Notes: generated from the letters alone by a model not told the origin. A DNA stretch of 64,000 bases from Octopus vulgaris (GCA_951406725.2 OX597826.1:124001-188000), one strand, 5' to 3'; positions 39,471 through 53,951 are shown, numbered from the stretch's first letter. Made by a program: numbers and translations.

Positions 39471-42400
39471 AAAGGAAGCAACAGAAAGTAACAACCACAC
39501 TCTTACCCGCGTGTAGAGCGTGTCACCTTCAGCTAGTATATATATATACATATTTACGTCGGGCTTCTTTCAGTTTTCTGTCTATCAAATTCACTCACAA
39601 GGCTTTGGTCAGCCCGAGGCTAAAGTAGAAGACACTTGCCCAAGGTGTCACGCAGTGGGACTGAACCTGGAACCATATGGTTGGTAAGCAAGCTACTTAC
39701 CACACAGCCACATTCAAATTTTAACTAAGAGTCGATGTTAACCTTATTTTTTTTGTTTTGTTTAGTTGGAAAAGGAGACATATATGGTTAAATTTGGATG
39801 GAAATATAAACGCACATTACAATGTCTTGGAGTTGTGTTTTTAATTAAGGCGCCGAGATTAATGCAATTCAGCATGTGAAAACATTTAATGCTTATAACA
39901 AATTTGTAGAGGCGCCGAACAGCCAGAATCGTCAGACCGTCGGATAAAATACTTCGCAGTAAGTGCTCCAGTGCCTTGACGAGGTCAGCTGTGTCTTTCA
40001 TCATTTTGGGGTTGATAAAGAAAGTAGCGTTTCAGGGCTTGACAGAATTACTAAAGTGTCAGACGAAGATACTTTGTAATATCTTTTCCGCTTCTTTGCG
40101 TTACGAGCTCAAATTCCCCATGTTACTGGGGGTCCCATCAATTGTAAGCATCAAAGATAAAAAGAATGAATGAAAGAAAGAAAGAGACTGCCTTTGAAAC
40201 TCTAATAAACATGCAAGTGGAAATTCGCTACTAAGCGAGTGAAAAGTAGGAGAAATCTACAGAGGAAGAACTCCAGTCAGGCAAGTGCTTCGGTCCGTTC
40301 GTTCCTAACACTCTTAGAAAGCAGGGTCCACCTCAGTAAAGACACCCGGATATCCTTCTGCTTCGGGTGATCTTATCGCTGGGCGTTTTCTTCTAAGTAT
40401 GTGTTGGGGCTTGTAGTATTCCTTTTCAGCTCCAACATTCACTTTTCTTCGCTTATAGCTATATTGGCGTGTGTTCATAAAGACACTGTGCATCCGAAGA
40501 ATGCGCCAGAGCTTTTTCAATATATTTATATGCTTAAAACAAACTACACCAGTTGTCCAACACTTCGCCCATGTAACATAAAGAGGCCGTAGGTTCACAC
40601 CAATATTACGTTTTAGTTTGTAAATAACATAATGGCACTTGTATTCTCTCTATGCAGGATTGGCTATCGGTTCCTCCGGGAGAGACTTTTACACCCTTCA
40701 ATAGGGTCTATTTCCTGGTGAGTTAGATATAAAACCTGCTGAAAGACGGAGGGTCGGTGACTAAACCGACCTCCTGTTACAGTAAGGCGGATGGAGGTAC
40801 CGACTATATTACACTAACTATCCAATAATAAACACTGGAATTTAAAAACTCCAAAATTATATACATTCCGTGAAATATGCAACCAGTAATGGAGATAGCA
40901 GGGCCCTTATACTGTTTACGTTACATACATACATACATACATACGCACATACGTGCATGCATACACCAGGTGGTGATATTAAGTTAGACATGGCCTGGGC
41001 ATATACTGGTGGAAACCTATCTAAGTTATATATATGAATGCATGGCTATTCGACTGGCTTTCATACAGCTTCCGTCTACCAAATTCACTCACAAAACCTC
41101 GATCAGCTCCGGTTGCTATAGGAGAAGACATTTGGTCAAGAGGCTGCACCACGCATTGGATTTTCATTTTCCATTGGTACTGAGGGAAAAACCTCAACTC
41201 CAATAGCTAAACTCCAAGTTGTTCTCGGTAGGATTCGAACTCATAGCACAGAAGGCCTCAACGAATGCGACGAAGCATTATAACTGGCGCTCTAACGATT
41301 CTGCCAATTTGCTGTCTTGCTTTGCCTCGCAAATTTCCAAACTGGCTTTTAAAGATTATCGAAATTTTTGTTTACATATTAATTCTTCCCATTATTGATT
41401 TTTCCTTTTGCTTTGAGACAAAAGGAAAAAGAAATCTCATTTATTGGATAGGCCCCTGTATATTACTGATACTTATTTTATCGCTTCAAGTGCGATGAAA
41501 AAATAAAGTTGACCGCGATGATAATGGTGTTTCGAATATACAGTGATAACGGAACCAAATTCTGGAATACTTTTGCTTCGGCGCCCTACTGTATCTGGCA
41601 ATTCATTTCAACATATAAATGTTTGATATACGAAATATTTACACGAACGGGAAAAGATATTTATAAAGAATTTGAACTCACTGGCATAAGGCTTTTCTGT
41701 TGCCCATGGCTCTATGGCTGTTTCGACCGAAATCCTTCACACATCTGCCTGCTTTTGACAACGTACAACTTCCTGACGTCGATGTCACTGGAGAAAAGAA
41801 AAGAAAGATATAATTACTAGACAGGTATAACTGGTATCAAGTACTTAGACATCGACCCCTAAACAGTATCAGTTTGAAAAAGATTGATTTTTAATTGGTG
41901 AATGATTTTAAATAGATTTTTAATAAAACCACGCAGACCTTTTTAGAATGGTGACATACTAACACTAGTGGGGTAGTGTCTATCACTGTCATCTTGTCTT
42001 TTATCTTTTACTTCTTTCGGTCATTGGATGCGACCATGCTGGGGCACCAGGTTCAAGGTATTATCAAACAAATCGACAGCAGTACTTAATTTTTAGTATG
42101 GTGATTATTCTATTGGACGTATTTGCTGAACTGCTATGTTACGTGGACGTAAACAAACAAACAGCGATTGTCAGGCGATTGATGGGGGAGACAAAGACAA
42201 AGATACCCGCAGACATATGTACGTGGCGAGAAAATACAGGGGTATCAGTTAATTATGATTGTATTCAACATATTCCCCTCTCAGATTCAAACACTTATTG
42301 CAGCGGTCTTTCAGTTTTTCTTATCCCTGTAAATGAAAAGAGTATGAGAAAGACGAAGAAACAGATAGACAGGAAGAAAGGAACAGTGAAGAGGACGATA

Positions 42401-42599
42401 ACAGCTTATAGTCTCGGAATGACTAGGAAAAAGTTATGCCTTCCTCTCTGCCTGACTTTCTTCTTTCTTTTTCCTTCATTCTCTGCTTTCCTTCAGACTT
42501 CATTTCAATCTTTATTTCATTCTTTCTTTCCCTCTCGCTTTCATTCCCACATTTTTCTTCTTTATATATACACACACACTGTGGTGTTTGGTGAAAGAG

Positions 42600-45500
42600 T
42601 GTGACGGATAGGGGAGAGCGCATTTTTAGCCACGGCATCCCTCAGCAACGGCTCGAGGGCCAAAACGTAGAGAAGCGGGGAGAGAGGACACCCTTGACGT
42701 ACCGAACGTTCAATGCTGAACGGCTCCGAAAAGAAACCATTCACCCGAACCACCGATTCGATGTTGCTGTATAAAGCGTTGATCCATCCGCGAAAGGTCG
42801 GGCCGAAGCCAGCCGCCGTGAGGACCGCCGCCAGATACAGATGGTCCACCCTATCGAACGCTTTCGATTGGTCCAAGTGGACCATAGCCCCACCCTTGCC
42901 AGGAATCCTATTTACCCTTTCTAAGGCATAGCGTAGAAAGTGGAGATTGTCGTGGATGGTCCTTCAAGGGATAGCACAAGTTTGCGGCTCGCCAACAAGT
43001 TCACCCACGACCCGCGCCAAACTTTTTGCTAAGACCTTGGCCAAAATCATCAACTCTGCGTTAAGCACAGTGATGGGCCGAAAATTATCAATTAAATCTC
43101 CCTTGTTTGGGTCCTTTCTTAACAGCGATACCTCCCCTCAGCTCACAGACTTAGGAATTCTCCCGTTCTGCTGCCAGTTGGTGTACACGCATGCAAGTAG
43201 GTGCCCAAACAAGTCTGGCATGCTACTATAGAGCTCGTAAGGCAGACCATCGAGTCCCGGCGATTTGTCCCCGCCGCAGTCTGCCAACACATCCTCGACT
43301 TCTTTGACTGTGATCGGCGCCTCACAAGATTCCGCGTCTGACCTCGATAGACGCGGCGAACCGGCTAGGAAGTCTGCGAACTTCTCCCCGCGCTCCTCCC
43401 GAATAGCTGGGCGAAATGATCGTGAAACACCTTGCACATCTCCTCGGGTTCGTTTACTAATCGACCATTTGGGCCCGTCAAAGATCGAATGGTTGAGTTG
43501 TTGCCACGCTGGCCCTCTACCACCCGGGGCCATCCGGCTGCGTTGATCCCTTCCTGTCTCATTGCACGGATCTTAGCCCTGACAATGTACCCTTCATGTT
43601 TAGCTTTGAGATGTTGGTCGAGTGCCAACCTCACCGCTAACACTTTCGATGCACTGCCTGACCTCATTGCCTCATCTATTGCCTTAACTAGTTCCTTTTC
43701 TACTTTGTTTCTAGCACTAGCTAAGTTCTTTGCTAAACCAAATTGACTCAAATTTGATGGCTCTTTTCAGGGCGTACCACCATTTGTTGTTGATAGTGGA
43801 TCCGGTTAACGTCCTCATTACTAATTGTTTAATCCGATTACTATAGGCTTCACAGTCCAATAGTGACTTCTTTAGCTTCCAGTAACCGGTACCTCGTCTA
43901 CACATGCTATCTATGTCGAGCGTACAGGTCACTAATTTGTGATCGCTGTAGCTGACGATATGGTGTTGTGGACAGCAAAGTATTTTCTTATCTTTCCTTC
44001 TAGTTATGATTCTATCTATGTAAGATCTGGACGACCCGTCGTTTCTTGCCCAGGTCCACGCTGGAGTGTCTGGGTGGTCCAGTCTGAATCGATCTGCCAA
44101 TTCGAAACGACTTAGCAGATCGTTGAGGTGAGGTAATCCCCTCCTATTCTTTCTCAAGCCAACATAATCTACGCGTGCATCGCAAATTATGTTGAAGTCA
44201 CCTAGCAATACTAACGTGTTCGACGTGCCAAGAAAATTCTCTAGGCTTTTGAAATACTCTTTCTGCCCGGCTTTTCCTTCGCAGGGAGCACAGACAGCGA
44301 CCAGCCTGAACACTTTACCACTGTTGTGTGTCACATCCAAAACGACCAACCTGCCTTCCGGATCTATAAAGACAGTTCTAATCTGCCTTCCGGATCTATA
44401 AAGACAGTTTTTCCTGACCAGCACTGCCACTCCTCCTCCCCCTCCAGGTCGACAGGGAGAAATGTATTTCTCGTAGCCGTTTAGAAGGGGCGAAAATGCC
44501 TGCAGCCCACTCAGTCTGGATTTGGTAATTATCACTACATCCAAACGATGCGACCTAAGGTCGTTAAGGAGGTAGCCTTGCTTCCAATACGACCCCAGGC
44601 CGCGAATGTTTATACAACCGAGTTTAAACGAGAATGTGAAAAATTAGTCGAAAGTTTAAAACTTACGGAAGAGAGGGTGTAGTTTCACCCTCCTGTCTTC
44701 TGTCTGTGAGTGTTGTGTTTTGCGAGGTCATTTTTTTTCGTGAATTGCCTGTACAGATGGCTCGAAAAGTTAATCTGTAACGGGCCGACGTCCTCCGCAA
44801 AATATTTTTTTAGTTCAAAATAGTCAGAGTTATCTATTATATAAAATTCGACATTTTCTGAAATAGTACTATTTATATCTGTTGCGATATATTTTTTCGC
44901 CGATTTCATTAAAATAATTTTTTCTCTTAATAGTTTATTGTTTTTATTTATCGCCGTGAAGGTGTTTCTTTTTTTTTTTTGCTAGGCGATTGTGGAGGTG
45001 TGTGTGTGTGTGTGTTTCTGGGTGTGTGTGTGCTTGTAGAAGCGTGGGTGTTTGTAGGTATGTGTGTGTGCTTGTGGTAGGTGTGTGTGTGTGTTTGTGT
45101 GTGCTTTTTCCAGTGTGTGTGTTTTTTTGGCTACGTGTGTGTTTGTGACTGTATTTGTGCGTGTGGGTGTGCTTGTCTGTCTCGGAGCATAGTCCTGTGT
45201 ATCCGAAGAGGGTGGGTTTTTCCGTTTCCGTCTTCTTTTTGAAGGTTCTATGGTGACCCACTCCTGGATGTTGTTGTTGTTGTTGTCGTCGTCGTTGTTG
45301 TTGTTGCTTTCTCCCGTTGTCGGCTGAACTTCGGCAATTGGGGTGCGCGACGTGGCTGCTATTTCTAGCGGTGTAGTTGTTGTTTTCGGCGTCGTGCTTG
45401 CCTCTGCAGCATTTTCTTTGGCTGTCTTCTTACAGCTCGACCTTATGTGGCCTTTCTCGCCACATTTATAACACCTGGGCTTTCTCCCCTCGACTATTAC

Positions 45501-46477
45501 CTCATGCTGGTATTATCTCCAATGGTGAGGGAGCTGGGCAATTTTTCCAAGTCCGAGGGGTTTGCTTGGATCACAAGCTCTAAATCTTGTCCATACCAGT
45601 TCATGTGGCGATATCTCTTAGACTGAAGAATGGCAATTTCTTCCTCTTTGCCTAAGAGAATCGCTGCTATGACAAAGGTCACATCTATTTCGGGAGGAAT
45701 ATCTGTGACCGTTATTTTCGATGTTCTCTTTCCTAAATAGAATGGTAGAAGAACTACATCTTCCGACTTCAACGTTCTTGTTGAATGTTCCCTAGCTTTT
45801 TCTTCGCTTGGGAAACGCACCTCTACTGTGCCGAAGCGACTACCCCTCGTTATATAACTAGCTTGTTGCCATATCGGCCTCAAACTTTTTTCTATGGCTT
45901 CCCTCGGCATGAAGTCAATTTTCCTATTTTTCACATTATATGTTTTGTATATTACCGTCTTTCTCTCCGTCGCGTAAATTAATTCACTGAGAGGGAGCAA
46001 CTTCACATTATCACCTTCTTTTTTTAATAAACTTTGGCACTTCTTTAATTCTTCCTTGTTTATAACTATATTATCACGGGGTGAGTTGCTGCACTCGCAA
46101 AATTTATTTTTGACTTTTCCTGTTGTGTAGTAGCTTTGCTAGACATATTGTCGTCTGCTTTTGTAACGCGCGCGTGAGATGCCTCTTTACTTTTACCTTC
46201 CTCCTCCCGCATTTTCGTCTCTTTACTTCTACCTTCCTCCTCCCACATTTTCGCCTTCATGCCTTCAAACAAATTTTCAACGTTTTCCTCCGACTCAGAA
46301 GAAATTGGTGGCAAATTCATGTTTTTCGTCGCTTCCCCCTTGAAACAAGGGGGAAAGAACAGCAAAACTCTGCTACAACAGTAGAAAAGAAGTGGCCTCT
46401 ACGACCAAAACAGCAAATTTTCAAACTTTTCAGCATAAAAACAATCTTTCGCTGCGGAGCAAAGAATAACACGACCG

Positions 46478-46480
<3 letters not shown>
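42600..46480 (-). mobile_element. Second Tx1/L1-clade LINE (different subfamily): 5' UTR, ORF1 and ORF2 truncated after RT motif QGCPLS
   Basis: ORF1 ~46325-45200 with PRCYKCGEKGHIRSSC knuckle; ORF2 from ~44625 (CINIRGLG, GDFN, SYIDR, YSDH, KSPGLDGLPYE, DQSKAFDRV, VRQGCPLSP); 5' end abuts (TC)n on the element strand. Confidence 0.93.
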
Positions 46481-46529
<49 letters not shown>

Positions 46530-46592
46530 CAAACAAGCAGAGGTGGGGGAGGGAGTGAGAGAGAAGTAGAAAGGAGACATAATGCGGGATGT

Positions 46593-46630
<38 letters not shown>

Positions 46631-46878
46631 CCATATCCATACATGCATGTGCATGCATGCATGTTTTTCGTCGCTTCCCCCCCTGAAACAAGGGGGAAAG
46701 AACAGCAAAACTCTGCTGCAACAGCAGAAAAGAAGTGGCCTCGACGACCAAAACAGCAAATTTTCAAACTGTATGTATGTATGTATGTATGTATCTGAGC
46801 GCACCTGTTCTTTCCCCCTTGTTCCAGGAGGGAATCGACGAAAAACATGCATGCATGCACATGCATGTATGGATATGG

Positions 46879-46920
<42 letters not shown>

Positions 46921-46979
46921 ACATCCCGCATTATGTCTCCTTTCTACTTCTCTCTCACTCACTCCCCCACCTCTGCTTG

Positions 46980-47025
<46 letters not shown>

Positions 47026-47054
47026 CGGTCGTGTTATTCTTTGCTCCGCAGCGA
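46449..47054. repeat. Composite inverted repeat at the LINE 5' end (arms 46449-46705 and 46805-47054) plus a 110-bp direct repeat (46318-46427 and 46660-46770)
   Basis: Read directly; the arms include mirrored (AG)n and (AC)n tracts. Confidence 0.9.
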
Positions 47055-47242
47055 TCCAAAGATCCACAAAGATCAGAACTTAACTGCAGCTCTTGGTGGT
47101 CCAAATTAGATGTACAATTCATGCGGGTAGCTTTTCAAAATATTGTCTGGTTTAAAAAGCCACATCAGACGCCATGATAGAGCTAAGGTGTAAATACAAG
47201 AGGTGGTCAGACTCTGCATAAGAAGTAGACAATCACCACATA

Positions 47243-48806
47243 CATTGCGTGTCAAATTACTAGGCAACTCTGTTCTTTTCGAAATAATATTTATTCGTTC
47301 GCATCCAGATATTTTTTCACTGAATGATGGCAACATCTGCCTGCGCATATTGTAGTAAAATAAATTGGATCCGCACAGATGTAAACAAAAGGTGACCATT
47401 TTCGTGAAACAGCCACAATTTTACTGTCCTAAATTATTAGGCAAGTACCCAATAAAAGTGTTCTTATGGATCAAAAACGTGATTTAACATCAAATGATAA
47501 GTCCACCATCGTTTCGGAGCTTGGAAAAACAAAAATGACATTGGAAATATCAGATCCTGGGAAGAGATCATCGAACTATGAAGAAATTTGTAGAGTCTGC
47601 TGTCTGTACGAGGGCTGACAATGATAAATCGAGGGTTGTTTCCAGGCGTACCCTGTCATGTATAACGAGGGAAGTTGCGAAGAACACGTATCTGACTAGT
47701 CGAGAAGTGTTCAAATGTTGTGGTAGGGAAGATATTTCGAAATCTACCTGGTGTCTCCTCTTGAAGCAGGTATTCAAGAAGGTAAAACCTGTTACACGAC
47801 CTCCTCTGAAGGCTGTTCATAAACAACATAGAGTCAAACGGGCAGAAGACTACATGAAGATAGATTTTTCAAAAGTCCTCTTTACTGACCAATGCCATGC
47901 TACCCTACACGGACTAGATGGGTGGAGTAAAGGATGGGTTGCAATTAGAAGAAATCATCCTTATCGTTTGAGACGCCAACAAAACGGAGGTGGAGTCATG
48001 ATTTGGGCTGGTATCATTGGAGACAAGTTGGTTGGTCCTTGGAAAGTTCCAGACGTAATTAAGATGACATCTAATGCCTATGTTGCCTTTTTGGAGGGCA
48101 ATTTTAAGCCATGGTTGAAGAAGCAGAAAGTTTCATTAAAGAGAATGCTGGTATTTATGCAAGATAATGCGCCCCCCCCACCACCATGCTGCTAAGAAAT
48201 CTCTGGAATACCTACCGCAATTAGGCTTCTCTGGACACCGTTTGATGAAGTGGCCAGCGTGTTCACCTGACTTGAACCCGATTGAAAATCTATGGAGTGT
48301 GTTGAAGAGGAAGATATATCAAGATGGACTGCAGTTTTCAACGGAAGATACGATCTGGGAAGCCATTTTGGATACTGCTAACACCAGATGAAATAGTTAC
48401 CTTGACAAATTCAATGGATAAACGCGTCAGGTTCTCACATATGCAGGATCACATATCCATCATTAAGACCATTATAACGTCATATTTCTTGTATTATTTC
48501 CATTCAAACATATTATGTTCATTATAAAATCCGTTATGATTATATTTGTTGTTAAAATAAATTGTCGCATTAAATAAATGTTTATTTTTGCATAATTAGC
48601 ATTTTTATTAGACCTACCTAATAATTTAAGACGGTAAAAATGATGCCTTTTAACAAAAATGGCCGCTGTTTCTTTGCGTATGGTTGGATCAGATTTATTT
48701 TGCTACAGTACATGCAGATGGGTGTTATCGTCATGCACTGGAAGATTCGAACGAATAAATACTCATTGCGAAAAAACTGAACTGCCTAATAATTTGACAC
48801 ACAGTG
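47243..48806 (+). mobile_element. Tc1-family transposon with long IR/DR-type TIRs, frameshifted transposase (~47466-48470)
   Basis: ~200-bp TIRs with an inner and outer aaattattaggca repeat, TA flanks; VLFTDQ, GGGVMIWAGI, FMQDNAP, WPACSPDLNPIENLW. Confidence 0.93.
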
Positions 48807-48826
48807 TATGTATGTATATTTATATG

Positions 48827-48867
<41 letters not shown>

Positions 48868-48868
48868 G

Positions 48869-48963
<95 letters not shown>

Positions 48964-49002
48964 ATCTATCTGTCTAATATATATTCTTTATATATATATA
49001 CA

Positions 49003-49072
<70 letters not shown>

Positions 49073-49168
49073 TGTGTATGTGCATGTATGTAGTATATGT
49101 ATATATGTGCATGCATTTGTGTGTGTGTGTGTACAAGAAGAAAAGAGAAAAATTAATGATTGAGAAAT

Positions 49169-49408
49169 ATTTCTTTATTTCTTTATTGCCTACAGGGAGC
49201 TATACATAGAGGGGACGAACAAGGTCAGACAAAGAGCTTAAGTCGATTACATCGACCCCAGTGTGTAACTGGTACTTATTTAATCGACCTCGAAAGGATG
49301 AAAGGCAAAGTCGATCTCGGCAGAATTTGAACTCAGAACGAACGGCAGACGAAATGCCGCTAAGCATTTCGCCCGGCGTGCTAACGATTCAGCCAGCTCG
49401 CCGCACTA
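49169..49408 (-). mobile_element. SINE family A (Tx1-like tail), full length
   Basis: 14-bp TSD AATGATTGAGAAAT at 49155-49168 and 49409-49422. Confidence 0.92.
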
Positions 49409-49519
49409 AATGATTGAGAAATGTTGAGACAAAAGCAAAACAAGAATAAGAGAAGATGATGGGTGAATGTGAGAGAAATATTTAAAAACTAAAAGAAATA
49501 GAGAGGGATCAAGTGACAA

Positions 49520-49583
<64 letters not shown>

Positions 49584-50000
49584 GAAACAGAGAAATAAAA
49601 ATGGCGTGTAATACCGTAATGAAATCCAGTTGGGCATAATCAAATAGCAGTCTATACCTAGATAAGGTGGAATTAATCAAACGTAGTGTAAGAGTTTCTG
49701 AAGATAATTAGACGATATTGGTCTCATTGGTAATTTAACTTTGCTCCAGTCATTTCTATACAATTTACTTTACTTATTTCAATGACAAACAAACGCCAAA
49801 ATTAGTCCAAGTGAGTGTAGTAAGATGACTCAGATATTTATTTTGCGAATTTAACCTTCGGAAAAAATACAATTGGACTAACTTATTTATAAGCTTCTTT
49901 TGTGTTCTCCTTATGTATAACTGCATCAGTATATACAAGTAATATAGGTAAATGTTGTGTGTGTGTGTGTGTGTATGTTACGTGTACGTGTACATATATA

Positions 50001-50791
50001 CAGGGGTTGGGCTAAATAATATAAGCACCTTAAAATTTCAAACAGACTTATTTTAATATGAGATAGGACCGCCTTTGGCGGTAATTACAGCTTGAATTCT
50101 ACGAGGTATGGACTAGTACAAAGTATGAATTGTTTACAAAGGAATTTTTGTCCATTCTTTGCAATGTTTGTTTTTGAAGGTAGTGGTTTTCTGATTGAAG
50201 TCCTCCCGTGAAATCCGGCTTTGTGTAGCTCCCGGCGAACAGTTATTGTGGAGACTGGGTTCTCGAGGTGGTCATTAAGCTCTGCAGTAATTTTGGGAAC
50301 TGTACATTTGTGATCCTTTCTAACAGTTTGCGTAAGAGTCCAACAGTTTCTATCTGAAAGTTTTAGTTTTATTTCGGAGTTTTGTTTCAACAACGAGGTT
50401 TTTCTGTCTTACTCAAAGGCTGTCATTACTTTCAAGACTGTATTTCTTCATACACCAAACATTTCGGCTGTTTTTGTTACGCTAGCGCCTGCCATACGAG
50501 CACCAACAATTCGATCTCTTTGAAAGTCAGATAGATCTGTCATTTTAATGAATTTTAAATACCTTTTTCTGATGATAGATGAAAAAAATAGCAATTCTAG
50601 CAAAACATATTAAGCATCACTAAAAATAAATCAAAAACATAAAAATAAAGAAGCATTTCATTTCATTTGAGTTTGAGTCCATGCTCAGGCCAAGTCGAAG
50701 ACTCCACCCTCAAAGCTTTTGACTTTTTATAGATATTTCAAAAGTATGATGCTTTGATGCTAGGCGTTGCTATCATTTTGTCCAACCCCTG
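50001..50791 (-). mobile_element. Internally deleted Tc1-like element
   Basis: TIRs CAGGGGTTGG, TA flanks; MTDLSDFQRDRIVGARMAG and TVRRELHKAGFHGR..RKP; catalytic domain missing. Confidence 0.88.
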
Positions 50792-50799
50792 TATATATA

Positions 50800-51782
50800 C
50801 AGGGTGCGTAAGATATTTGAGTTCAGATTTGTGTTTATAAAAAAAACAAAAACAAATGGAGGTCAAATGTTAGGGGTTATGTGATCATGAAAATTTTCAG
50901 CTAACCATTCCTGTGTCACTAGAGCCATGTGTGATAATGCAGAGTCTTACTGAAACACATATGGCCTTCCATTGCATACACTGTCTATCCAGGGCTTAAC
51001 AATTATTTCCAGGACCTCAATGTAGACGACAGAGCTAACTGTAAAGCCTTATGGAAGGAAGTAAGGAGGCATCACATGTCCTTCATTGCTGACAACCCCT
51101 AAAACTATGACAGTTGCAGGAAATTTTGTATGCATAACACTTGGAACTTCAGAGGGGTCTGCACATAACCATCTGTCATTTTTTCTGTTAAGTTTTTGAT
51201 CTTAGTCGAAGTTTTTCTCGTTTGAGAAAAACCAAATCAAATCTTCTTCTGCAGGATTTTTCAGTTTGTTTAAGAGCCTTTTAGATCTGATGTAGTGAAT
51301 TTCTTATGCTTTTTCGGACAAATTGACCTTTCCTCATCATATAAGACTTATATCTGATGTCTTCGTGGACAACATTTCTGATTGTTACTTCTGACACATG
51401 GAGATCTTTTGCAATTGACCTCATGCACTGTCTGGGATTGTAATTAATTGTCTGTTGAAGTTGCTGGATAAATGCAGGTGTCCTGATGATGTCGGAGCGT
51501 TTAGAATGCTTTTTATACTTTGATACTGTTGATACGTTTCCAGCTTTAGTCTCTAGCTCCTTACAAACTTTGTGGACGAAAGATCTGGCAAATTTTAAAA
51601 ATCGAGATATTTCTAAATCGCTATGCACAGCTTTTATAATCACAATAACAACATGCCTCTTCACTTCTTGGGTAAGCTAAGCCTCTGCCATTGTTATTTT
51701 CAGAAACAAAGATTATCAGAGTTATCAAAAAAGGCAGCAATGACTCAAAGGAGGTAATTCCTCAAATACCTTACGCAGCCTG
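50800..51782 (-). mobile_element. maT (DD37D-type) transposon, degenerate
   Basis: TIRs CAGG(G/C)TGCGTAAG.TATTTGAG; FSNEKNF, NDRW, KFPATV, YVFQ*DSA..H..TQEWL; separated from the Tc1 element by only (TA)4. Confidence 0.85.
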
Positions 51783-51799
51783 TATATAAAATGATTAAA

Positions 51800-52900
51800 A
51801 TGTATGAGTTTGGGGTGTATCCGTGTGGCATGCCTGTATATGTGTATTGCGTGTGTTGGTATTGAGTATGTACTTGTGTGTGTGCGTACACACGGTGTGG
51901 GTGCACGCGTCTTTGTGTGTGTATATACATGCATACATGTGTCTACGCGTGTGTGCGGGCCATACATACACACTACATATATATATATACATACATACAT
52001 ATACACATCATACATATACATACCACACACACATCACACACACATACACACACACCACACACACACACACCACACACACATACATACAACACACATATAC
52101 ATATAATATACACACACACAATATACACACACACTACATACATATAGATAATACACACACACACACAACACACATATATATAATACACACACACACAACA
52201 CACATATATAACATATATATATGATATATATATAACACACACACAACATACACATACATATAACACACACATACACAACACACACATATATACATACATA
52301 ATATATATACAACATATATACACATAACACAAATATACATACAATACACATACGCAGCATATATATAATACACATACACAATATATACATATAACTTATA
52401 TACACAATATATACATATAATTTTTATATAGACAATGCATATACATATACATACACACAATGTATACATACACATACACACACATACCACATATACACAC
52501 AATATACATACATACAATGTATGTATATATATATATATATACATATAACATATATACACACAACATACACATACACAATGTATACATATATATACATATA
52601 ATGTATATACAACACACATACAATATACATATATACAATGCATATATACACATACATATACACAAAATGTACACATACATATACAACACACATACATATA
52701 TATATATATATACAATACACATATATATACATATATATACATATATACACATATAAATATACACATACACATAATGCATACACATATACACACATACATA
52801 CACACAACGCACACATATACACGTACATAACATATACATACATACATACATAACATACATATATATAATGTATGCGTGTGCGCGTTGTGTATGTTTGTGG
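51800..52900. repeat. Degenerate CA/TA low-complexity tract
   Basis: Read directly; source of many spurious ORFs. Confidence 0.9.
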
Positions 52901-52979
52901 TCAATGTCTGCTAGTGTGCTGCATGTGTGCTGATGCGTGTATGTGTTTGTTTGCATGATACGGTGCGAGTTTGCGTGTG

Positions 52980-53949
52980 TCATTGTGTGTTTGTTTTGGA
53001 TGTGTGCCTGGGGTTATATAAGAGTATGTTTAGTTGTGGTCTGTATTTTTGAATAAGAGTATTTTCCCTATTTATTCGTGTTTGGTCTGTGGTGTTGTCC
53101 GGGCATTGGTATAGTGGGAAGACTAAGAATTTAGGAGACTTATTGTGTGCACAGAGGTCTAAGTGTCCACTTACTGGTATCTGTCTTGTGGAGGGGTCTC
53201 TCAGTTTTTTGCGGTGAACTGTCATTCTTTCTCTGAGGATAAGGCTCGTTTGCCCTATGTAGTATTCGTGGCACCCTTCACACCTTATGACGTAGAGTAA
53301 ATTTTTTGATGCGCACGTGAAATTATTTTTTATGATGAATGTGTGTCCCGACCGGAACTTGTACGTCGATCCCTCAATGAGGTGAATGCAAGTCCTGCAG
53401 TTGGGACGACCACATTTTTTGATGGTGGGCGGTGGGTTTGTGTTGTGTAATTTTGCGTTGGTGAGGAGGTCTTTTAGGGATTTAGGTTGTCTCTTACTTT
53501 TTATTATTTTATGAGCTGCCAGTAATTTTTTTAGGCGTGAGTCTTGATTTAGCTGTGGAATGTTGTTGTATATAATAGTGTAAGCTTCTGCATTTCTTGG
53601 GATGTGTGTTGAGAGATAGGGGAGGCTATTTACTGTACTATGGATGTGTTTAGGTTTTCGTAAGTCTTGAGTGTTAATTGATTTGGCCCGTTCTATTCCG
53701 TTGTCTACTAGTGATGCCGGGTAATGTCTTTCGAGAAGAATTGCCCTTAGTTCCTGGAGTCTTCTATTTCGTGTTGTGTCATTTGAGACAATTGTGCAGA
53801 TTCTTCTCGCTAAGTTGAAGGGGATATTTGTCTTTGTGTGTTTTGGGTGATTGGAGGTGAAAAGAAGGTATTGTTTAGAGTCAGTGTGTTTGTAATGGAT
53901 GTCAGTTTCAATGTTGACGCCTTTTTAATGATTAGAATGTCAAGAAAAG

Positions 53950-53951
<2 letters not shown>
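52980..53951 (-). pseudogene. Penelope-like element: RT thumb, Cys linker and GIY-YIG endonuclease, 5'-truncated at (TA)n
   Basis: PFLDILI, YKHTDSKQYL..HPKH, LARRICTI, YP, KCGRPNCRTC, FTCASKNLLYVIRCEGC..YIGQT..LRERMTVHR, RENTLIQKYRPQLN. Confidence 0.92.
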
